Shown here piece after piece: positions 10,161 through 19,253 of a DNA stretch of 19,253 nucleotides. The DNA comes from Paraspadella gotoi (Eukaryota > Animalia > Chaetognatha). The translations under genes were made by a program, and so were the position numbers. Every line of letters starts with the position of its first letter. Within the stretch, counting starts at the first letter, position 1. The notes under the pieces were generated by a model. The model made no database searches. It was not told the origin of the DNA and was given only the letters and a program-made list of their open reading frames with translations. The stretch is from NCBI GenBank assembly GCA_051294375.1, contig CM119269.1, forward strand, positions 18,955,987 to 18,975,239, given 5' to 3'.

Positions 10161-12603
10161 AGCAGTCTAGAAAGAGAGATAGAGAGATTGAGAGAGAGAG
10201 AGAGCTATATCGTAATTACTTGTACCTATTGCTCGTATGACGAGTTCTCTCTCTCTCTCCTCTCTCCCTCTCTCTCTCCTCTTTTCTTTGTTCACTAGTT
10301 TGCCTTATAATTTTACAAATATCTATAACCGATTGGATGGTTATTGAATTAACAAAGCCCCAAACTCTGCTCGTTTCTATACTTTTGATAAATAAAAAAA
10401 ATTAGCTTGTTTCTTTTGATGGCCCTCCTATTGGAATAAATACAAAAATTGCTTTTTTTTTTTTTTTATTTGCCTGCCTATCATTATTATTGATAATTCC
10501 GACAATTTTCTGATGTCTGATTTAAAATGATTTACCACAAAAGTTAGCCGAGGAATGTGAGAGAATACCGACGGACCCGAACAAACGTGTTGGAGTATAA
10601 GGTAATGGAACTCAAAAGTCTGAGGTATAAATATGTTATTTTGTGTGTATTAGAAGATCGTAAGAATTTAAAAAAAAAATTATATTTAATGCTTAGGGTT
10701 TTTTAACGCTTGGGAACGCTATAATTTATCTATTATTATCCGAAATACTATAATGCCAAAAAATTTTTTACTTAAAATTCTTATAATTTCTTCTAACGGA
10801 TTCTGATATGGGATTGAAAGTTTAGAAGTAAGGTTTATTATTTTTTTTTTTGAATTTTTGAAATTTTTTTTTTAAGTTGACCTATTTCAATGAAATTAAC
10901 AGACAGCCACAAGAACTATTAGTTATATAAATTTAATTGGCCGACATTGATCGGAATTATTGTTGAGAGATGCCGTTTTGCTCAAATCTGTTTTTATTGC
11001 TCATCATATGATTCGCTTCATTACATCTGTTCCATTCTGCCTTTCTATGTTTGTCTTTAACCCTTTTTTCACGGGTTTCACAGAGGCGCTGAGGACCAGT
11101 TTCACTGTTGAAGACCGTCAACCCGTCCAAAACGCGTACTGGGCCTTTCTAGCAGGGCACCTGAGCACGTGTGCCACTCGTCACGTTTGTCACCACTTGA
11201 GCAATCATGGACGTCTTTGTACTGTGGCCAATTACAGACTGTGCGCTCGCGTCGATGATCCTTGTCCCCACACTTTTGATGGATAGGTGGAAGAGACACA
11301 AACTGACTAGGCGTAAAGTGACAAAGGGCATGGGAACCACCCTCGCGACCAACGGCGTCTCGGCGACCGGGTCACTCGCAACGGCGACGCCACCAAAGGG
11401 GGCGCTGTGATCGCGCGGGGCCGTGCCCACTTCCGGCGACAATGGGAGTTAGAACCGGGGGGGGGGCAGTCGTTCGCCCTTAGTAATGGCGGCGCCCAGC
11501 TATATGACGAATGCGGTACCATTAGGAATGGAGATACATTGACGGGTCCACTAAGTCATAGGAATGGACGACTTTTCTACACCCTGGCAAGGTCAGGGGG
11601 CCTGGCAATTTACTAGTCCTCCTTACCACTCACCCGTCTTCCTGGGCTCAACAATCGTATAACTAATCCGAAAGTAACATAATATCCTTTTTAAGGCAGT
11701 TGTTCTCCAACGTTTAGACATTGTGCGTTAATCCCCCCTTTGTCTTCTTTTTGTCTGTTTTGTTTGATCATTAGAAGAACGGAATTTTCGGCTGTCGTCG
11801 GGAACTAACCAAAATAATTTCATTACCATTAAACATCTGGACATTGTTTCGGCTTTTGTTTCTTCAAGCCTTCCCGATCGAGCATTGTTCTTGAAAAAAG
11901 ACACCAACAATTTTTTTACAACATTGAGTTGATGAGGAGGGAGAGGAGAGAGAGAGAGAGAGAGAGAGACGGATGAGAGAGAGAAAGAGACTGAGGAGGG
12001 GGAGGATAGATGAGAGGTTTCCAACAAAGAGAATTTCAGGTAAGGAGACAGTGGTCAGATAGTTGGAGAATAGGTTGAAGATGAGGACACGGGATTGAGA
12101 GTGAGTTAAAAAGTCTAATTTTAACCCATTATTCATTAATATTTTTTTTAAAAATTCTGTAAGTACTTACCTTTATCTAACTTTAATCTTTATCAGATCT
12201 ACTTTTGTAAACATGTTTAATTCTTTTTAAATATTAAAAACGTTTTGTCTAACATTTATTCACAGTTGCCATAATATATATTTTATTTATCATCTCAATC
12301 AATCTCTTCTCTCTACATCAATTTCTTAATCAATTCCTTTTTTTTTTTCTTCCTTCCAATTTCTCAATTTTCTTTCTTCTTCCATTCGATAACTTCTCCT
12401 CAACACTCTCTCTTCCCTTCCTCCTTTATCAATTTCCAAATCAATTCTTCTTTCTCCGTCCATCCCAAATCTCACATCTTGAATGATTTCATTCTTTCCT
12501 CCACTCATATTCTTTTAATCTCTCACTCATTATATTATTATTACATTTCACACGTGACCCACTATTCAACAAATACCCCCTCAATAACCTTAACTTAAAA
12601 CAG

Positions 12604-12907
12604 CACAGATTACATCAGCCAGCGATGGAAGAATCGGACTTTTGACGAACAACAAAAACTGGGGAAATCCGTTTAATTGACTTAATGATAGCAATAGCGC
12701 TTAATAAATGTTTGGGTCTTGGTTATCTTTGTCTAGATCTATTTTCAAGACCAGTCTCGACCATTACCTTTTGGTAAGTTGCCGATAACATTGGTACCTC
12801 TATTTGTTCTATTTTTTGCCGAGGCCAGACGTTTCCCGGAACAAACCAGAAACAACGCTTTCGAAAAGGGCTATTCTATAGACCGTGAAACATTTAAAAG
12901 ATTTTAA
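12604..12907 (+). pseudogene. Exon-like remnant with ribosome-inactivating-protein-like motifs (tentative)
   Basis: One frame gives TDYISQRWKNRTFDEQQKLGKS and, after a stop-rich 66 nt (12671-12736, GT..AG), IYFQDQSRPLPFGKLPITLVPLFVLFFAEARRFPEQTRNNAFEKGYSIDRETFKRF*. The resemblance was judged by eye only. Confidence 0.2.
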
Positions 12908-14122
12908 TAATTCAAATCATTTTCTTCCAGAAATTTACCTACCATATTTATTTGACCAGTATCATTAGCTATTTTATAAATTTCTAACTAGTTGACTCTC
13001 GGACAGAATGCATTACTATATGAGTTATAAGATATCCAGCGAACTGACTGATCTCTATATTTCGATTTTTTTAATTGAATAACGATTTCAAAATTTCACT
13101 TGAAAGTAAAAAAAAAAGTAGATTTCAATTAAAAAAAAAATTATATCTTTTTCAAATGTATATCTTTTTTTTGGGACGGGAAAGTGAGTGGTTGGCAAGT
13201 TTTGGTTTGTGTCTTAAAATTGTTGGTTGATTTGGGTTATACTAGAATGCAAAATCTTCACTTTGAAATTTAATATTCTTCCGATCAGTTTTTATTTTAT
13301 TAAGCTTTTTTTCTTTATTATAAAAGATAAGCAGTTGATGATTTCTAACAATTTTTGTTCCACTCTTGTAAATTAAATATCTAAGTCTGGTTGTAAAAAA
13401 TATTTTTTTCTATTAAATTGTGAAAAGATATAATTTAGATCAGTATAGCTTTTTTTCTACTTCTGGATAGTGTTTTTGCTTCTTTCTTCTTTTTTTTTTA
13501 CTGAGACAATTTCAGAATTTTAAACCATATTATCATTTAGCGATTTCCTTTTTTTTTTTGACCCCAAACAAATTTTTAAAAGGATTCCTTCAATTAGGTT
13601 TAAACAAAATTTTTTTTAAATGATATTAAAGTAATCTGATTACAACAATCTCACAGAGAGATGAGGGAGAAGGGGAGAATTGTCTTGGTCAATGTGTTCC
13701 AAAAAAATTTTCTTAAAATTGAAAGCCCTTTCTTAATAGGAACAATCTGGTGCGCGGGCTATCAGGAAGCCTTTTCTTTACAACTTTCAATAATAACATT
13801 TTAAAAAATTAGAACAAATAATTTTTTTAATTTTCTTTACGTCATTATATAGTTCAAAACTTAGGACACGACTTTTCAAATAAAAATTTTTAATTTATTT
13901 GGCGGGTTAGTGGGTTATGGGGCGAGAGTGTAATACTTTTATGAAAAGACTAGAAATCTGAGAGAATATTTTTAAAAAAAACCTTTTTAGGGTTGGGAAG
14001 CCGCAAAATTTCTGATAACATCTTTCTTTAAAATCCCGTCAGCGTGGGAAATAAACCGATCGATTTATATTCCCGCATCTGATCCTCGCATACATAAAGA
14101 ATTTTAGCCAAATATTTCGAAG

Positions 14123-14178
14123 GAGTTACTGAGCCGCTGGAACTTCGCTGCGAGGTCTAGAGAAAAAAGTTACGTCTG
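14123..14178 (-). repeat. Right terminal inverted repeat
   Basis: Plus strand reads gagttactgagccgctggaacttcgctgcgaggtctagagaaaaaagttacgtctg, the inverse of 8860-8908. Confidence 0.75.
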
Positions 14179-14179
14179 C

Positions 14180-14360
14180 TAACAAAGAAAAATGAGGAGA
14201 AAACGGAAAAATAAACAGCTCAGAGAGAAAAAAAACTGAATGAAGGGAAAGGGAAAAGAAGAAAGACAAGGAGGAAAGGCTTGAGGACATTATCTGATGA
14301 TTTCTCTCCTTATGGGTTGGGGCCAAACAAGGAGAGGAAAGGAAGGCAGTCCTCTCTCTC
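14180..14360 (+). repeat. Duplicated locus, copy B, right part
   Basis: taacaaagaaaaatgag...ggaggaaaggcttgaggacat...gccaaacaa...gaaaggaaggcag matches 7339-7500. Confidence 0.9.
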
Positions 14361-14728
14361 TTCTGCTTCTCTCTCTCTCTCTCTCTCCTCTCTCCTCTCT
14401 CTCTCTCTTCTCCACTCCCTCTCTCTTTCTTCTTCTCTACTCTCTTCTCTCTTCTCTCTCTCTCATCACCTTCCCTCCACCCCTCAATGCTTTTTTTCTG
14501 TATATTCCTCTCCTACCATCATCTCTCTCCCTCTTTTTTATCGCCTCTTCTCCTCTCTCTCTCCTCCTCTCTCTCTCACTTCATCTCTTCTCTCTCTCTC
14601 TTCTCTTCGTCTCTCTCTTCTCCTCCCAAAACCAAGCGGAAAAGGACAGGCGCAGAGGTGAGTCACTACAATCGGATTCGTTTTCGCTGTCTGGGACCAA
14701 AACAGATTGAGAGCGACAACTCTTTCGC

Positions 14729-14769
<41 letters not shown>

Positions 14770-15363
14770 CTGCTCCTCTCTCTCTCTCGCTCTCTCNNNN
14801 NNNNNNNNNNNNNNNNNNNNNCTCAATTTCTTTGGTTAACCCATCAATTCTCCAACCCAATGAGGCAGAAATTTAACGAGAACACCGATTTTTTTAGCTT
14901 TTTCGATGTTGTTGTTGTGCTTTCACGTTCAATCACTCAATCAAGCTTTTTACAAAAAAACGTGGGAACTGGACAGTCGTTTTTGAAACTCACATCGCAT
15001 TTTCTATTTGATATTTTTTACTGATAGAACTTGAAAAATCAGAAAGTTCTTTTTAAATATTTAGTAGTTGTACTAATGAATTTTTATCAAATCTTTTTGC
15101 TTTTTATTGATTTGATTCATCTTTGCGCGATTCCGGAATAATTCAGATAAAATCTTTCCTCACTCTTTCGCTCCTTTTATCTCATTTATAAAGAATGGAG
15201 AATCAATTTATTCTCTCCTCTCTACTCTCTCTCTCTCTATCTCTCTTTCTATCTCTATCTCTCTCTCTCTCTTTCTGCCTCTCCCAAACTCCTGCGAAGA
15301 AGAATGAGAGGGATTATTTTTCTTGATCGCTCATGACCAACTTCTTGCAGATTCTTCCTTCTT

Positions 15364-15398
<35 letters not shown>

Positions 15399-15533
15399 NN
15401 NNNNNNNNNNNNNNNNNNNNNNNNNNNNNNNNNNNNNNNNNNNNNNNNNNNNNNNNNNNNNNNNNNNNNNNNNNNNNNNNNNNNNNNNNNNNNNNNNNNN
15501 NNNNNNNNNNCTGTCTCTTCCTCTCTCTCTCTG

Positions 15534-15870
15534 TCTCAGACTCTTTTTCACTGTCCTTTTCTCGTTGTCTTTCCCATTTCATTGTGAAATCTCCTAAAAC
15601 CGAGAAGAGACGAGATTTTCATTGAATTGGAAGGACAAAATATACTTATAAATTATAATATAATATAAGTAGAACTAGTAATTTTTCGATTTTCATACAT
15701 TACCCAAACCATTTCTGATTTGTTCAAAAATCATGGAATATGAACAAAAGATTCGTAAACAATACTCGGTGAAACAAAATAAACAAAGCATCGCAACTTA
15801 ATCTCGTTTTATGTAAACATAAGCAGAATATATCATTCCGTCGAAATCTTTATTCGAATCTTGGGATTAA
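15534..15870 (+). repeat. ~350-bp direct repeat, copy 1
   Basis: Colinear with 16951-17304 (gaaatctcctaaa, gagacgagattttcattgaattgg, cgcaacttaatc, gggattaatctctc). Confidence 0.9.
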
Positions 15871-16872
15871 TCTCTCTCTCTCTCTCTCTCTGAGAGATGG
15901 GAGATTTTGAGCTAAAAGAGTAGGATAATAATTGTTCAATAAGATATGAAATATTAACAATAATGATTAAATATGCGAAGAAACAATTGAAAATATGAAA
16001 TAAAGATAAAACACACACTCGAAAAATAAATATAATATATTACTATTTGCAATTTTTGTTACGCGAGACGTATGAAGAGTAAATAGTAGCAACTTTCAAA
16101 TCAGGTTAGAATCAAATTCGAAGCTTGCACCTGTGGACAGTATTTTAAAAGCAAATTTTGTAGTTTCATTTTAAAATAATAGGTTGAAAAAACGATCTAT
16201 TGATAAGTAATTGCGCTGTTTAAATATAAACAATTACTTGATTTTCAGTAATGGCAAGGAAAAAAACTCGTCTTTATCGGCTAAAATTTAACTTCTGGTC
16301 AAGTGTGGCCATGTCTAAATCTGATTAACGAACAACTGTGATAATCAGTTAAAAAGCACTAAAAGAATTTGTACTGAGGAACTTCCACAAGTATGGTTAA
16401 ATTTTCGAATTGTATAGTTAAAAAAAAAACGCATTTAACTGTACATGGATCAATTATTCAATTTCGGATCTGCAAATTTAACTAGGCCCTTAATGGGGGG
16501 TTGGATTTAAAAACAGCTTAACCCCTCAGAAAAATTAATATTTTTAATGCCTAGCGAAATTTGTTGAGAAATTAAAGAGAGAGGGATAAAATAATACATT
16601 AAATGAAAAAAAACAAAGATAGAAATAGAGAGTGGAGACGGGCAAGAGCAAGAGAGAGTAAGCAGAGAGAGGACGAGAGCAGAGAGAGAGAGAGACGATC
16701 CGAGCCCACGATCCGCTCGGACCTTCGATCAGGAAGAAGCCCGCGACTGCACCATCGAGAGAGAGAAAATCTCCCGATGCCGGCGCCGGGAGAAGTGGAG
16801 TCGTCGGAAGCCGCGCGCGCGCTGCTTCCGGTGGGAACGGCTGCGGTCCGGGAGATGCTGAGTAATATGACA

Positions 16873-16913
<41 letters not shown>

Positions 16914-16950
16914 TCTCCTCTCTCGTCTCTCTCTCTCGTCTTCATCTCTC

Positions 16951-17304
16951 TCTCAGACTATTTTTCAAACTGTTCTTTCTCGTTTGTCTTTCCATTTCAT
17001 TTTATGAAATCTCCTAAACATCGAGAGAGACGAGATTTTCATTGAATTGGAGAAGGACAAAATATACTTAATAAATTATAATATAATAAAGTAGAACTAG
17101 TAAAATTTTCGCACTTTTCATACATTACCTCAACACATTTCTGATTTGTTAAAAAAATCATGGAATAGAACAAAAGATTCGGTAAACAAATATAGTGAAA
17201 CAAAATAACAAAAGGCATACGCAACTTAATCGTCGTTTTATGTAAACATAAGGCCAGAATATATCATTCGGTTCGAAAATCTTTATTCGAATCTTTGGGA
17301 TTAA
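16951..17304 (+). repeat. ~350-bp direct repeat, copy 2
   Basis: Same sequence as 15534-15870 with many 1-bp indels. Both copies are flanked by (TC)n. Confidence 0.9.
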
Positions 17305-17649
17305 TCTCTCTCTCTCGACTCTCCTCTCTCTCTCCCCTTCCTGCTCATCTCTCTCTCTCTCTCTCCGATTCTCTTACGGCTCTGCTCGTCTCTCTCTATC
17401 TCTCTGCTCTCTCTCTCTCTTTCCTTTCGCCCCTTTCTGANNNNNNNNNNNNNNNNNNNNNNNNNGAGACATGTTTCAAAGTGGTTGACGTCGTCATCTG
17501 TCGACGTCGTAATCTGTGACGTAGTCGTCGCTAACTTAGACGTTGAATGCGTTGTATATCAAATTCCGAATAATTTGGGTTCTCTCTCTCTCTCGGAGGA
17601 GAATTGGGCAGGCCCGAGTGGAGGAGTTGAAAAGTTAAAGCTTAACAGA

Positions 17650-17925
17650 GGAAAGAGAGAAAAATAGAGAAATAGAGGAGAGAAAAGAAAAAGAGAAGAA
17701 GAAGAAGAGAAAAGAATAGAGAGAGAAGAGAAAAGAAAAAGAGAGGAAACGGAAGAAGAAGAAAAGAGAAGAAGAGAGAAATAGAAAGAGAAGAGAAGAG
17801 AAAAAGAGAAGAAGAAGAAGAGAGAAGAATAGAGAAATAGAGGAGAGAAAAGAAAAAGAGAAGAAGAAGAGGAAATAAAGGGCAGAATAGTGGAGAAATA
17901 GAAAAGAAGAGAGGAGGAAAACGGA
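17650..17925. repeat. Purine-rich low-complexity repeat
   Basis: Almost entirely A/G. aatagagaaatagaggagagaaaagaaaaagagaagaagaaga occurs at about 17663 and 17828. Confidence 0.85.
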
Positions 17926-18114
17926 GCATAAAAACTCTGTACTGGAATTTTTGACGGTTGACTGAATTTGAACTGATTTCTCTTGCTGCCATTTGCGTTA
18001 CTGGGTAAGAGAAAAAAAAGAAAAAAAAAGTTGTAAAACGATTGATGAGGTTAGAAATATTCTTAATTTAATTTTTACATTTTGAAAGCGGTTGCTCTTT
18101 TATTTCCTCTTTAC

Positions 18115-18630
18115 TCCAAACATACTCTCTCTTTTCTCATCCCTCTTTCTTTCAATTCCCTCCCTCTCTTCCTTTCTTTCCCCTTTTCTTTTCCTCTTTT
18201 TCCTCACGGCCTTCCTCTTTTTTTACCTTTTCCTTCCCTCTCCAAAAAACTTTTTTCCGGCTATCTCCGCCTCTTTCCGCTTTTCCTTTACTTCCTCTCT
18301 CTCTTTTCCGTCCATGTTTCCCATACGGCCTTCTCTTTTTACCTTTTTTCCTTTCCTCTCCAAGCTTTTTTTCCTATCTCCGCCGCTCTTTCCCTTTTCC
18401 TTTACTTACTCTCTCTCTTTTCCCTCCCAATTTCCTCAGCGGCCCCTTCCCTCTTTTTCCTTTTCCTTTTCTCTCCAATTTTTTTTCCCTATCTCCGGGC
18501 CTCTTTCCCCTTTTCCTTTACTTCCTCTCTTCTCTTTTTCCTACCCCATTTCCTCCACACGCTTCTTCTTTTTCCTATTCCCTTTCCTCTCCAAACTTTT
18601 TTCCCTATCTCGCGCCTCTTTCCCCGCCCT
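18115..18630. repeat. Pyrimidine-rich minisatellite, ~116-bp unit, about 4 copies
   Basis: The anchor ctccaa...ctatctc...ctctttcc recurs at about 18240, 18358, 18473 and 18589, followed by cctttactt in the first three. Confidence 0.8.
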
Positions 18631-19253
18631 TTACGAAAAAAAAATGTTTGATATCTTGCGTTCGACACTCGACAGTCCGAACAGTCGGACCGAGGAGAGC
18701 GATTCCTCGGGGGGGCAGCGTCGTCTTTTCGCATCGCTACTTTTTTTCACGCTTTTCTGCTATCCTTTATCTCTATATATATACATATTTTTATCAATTC
18801 ATGCAGCCTTTTTCTTTCTTTATAAATACATGAAAATATCAACTTAGCATTGCTGGAACGCATGCCGCAAATTTTTTGTTACAAGGAAGTCACTTAATTT
18901 TTTAAAACTTTTTTTAGTTTTCCTCTCGCCTTGAATTTTCCATTTCGGTTTTTTCTTTTTAAATACTTTTTCTTTTAATTACTTTCGATTCTTCTCAGCG
19001 TTATTACGCATTCTCTCTTTTTATTTCCCCTATTTTTCTCTCCATTTAATCTTTCTTTTCTTCGAACCTCATTTTTCTTTCTTTCGCCGAGGCAATTCTT
19101 TTTTTTCCTTTTTTTTCCTTTGATATCCATTCCGCGCTGTTGCTGACTTTTTATTTTTTAAGCCACTAATTTTGTTTCCAGATTTTCCTTTCCCTTTTTT
19201 TTGTTGTCTCTTTTCTCTTATATCTTCATAAATCCTTAGCCTTTCCAGACTAT

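Larger units (their letters stand above)
8860..14178. mobile_element. 5.3-kb TIR DNA transposon-like insertion, apparently non-autonomous (CAG termini, probable TA target duplication)
   Basis: Absent from copy A (aaacaaggTAacaaagaaaa at 7331-7350). In copy B the junctions are acaaggtTA|cagac... and ...gtctg|cTAacaaagaaa. The ends are imperfect inverted repeats. No transposase recognised. Confidence 0.8.

Noticed and set aside
14630-14663. Strong donor GAG|GTGAGT
   Set aside because: The upstream sequence is TC microsatellite with no supportable exon.
17955-18009. RLTEFELISLAAICVTG before a GTAAGA donor, faintly like a nuclear-receptor ligand-binding helix
   Set aside because: Too short, with no acceptor or partner exon and an upstream stop.
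1-19253. CRISPR array, rRNA, intact tRNA or prokaryotic operon
   Set aside because: No regularly spaced repeat-spacer units, no rRNA or cloverleaf signatures, and the architecture is eukaryotic.

Overview
Eukaryotic (probably animal) draft-assembly DNA. It is AT-rich and dense in (GA/TC)n, (GAT)n and purine/pyrimidine tracts, has six N-gaps, and carries many homopolymer indels that look like noisy long-read gap filling. Almost all ORF-track entries are low-complexity artefacts. One gene is well supported and was missed by the ORF track: a spliced minus-strand SLC35G/EamA (DMT-family) transporter with exons at about 1245-918, 717-427 and 25-<1. The main structural signal is a locus present twice (6202-7529 and 7530-14360). 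The second copy is interrupted by a 5.3-kb element (8860-14178) with imperfect CAGAC-ending terminal inverted repeats and a probable TA target duplication, while the first copy shows the empty site. I found no transposase in the element. It carries a telomere-like tract, a GC-rich island, and broken plus-strand exon-like segments whose translation resembles ribosome-inactivating-protein motifs (FVLFFAEARRF); that last call is speculative. The window also has degenerate acidic ORF remnants, a second ~350-bp duplication and a ~116-bp minisatellite.
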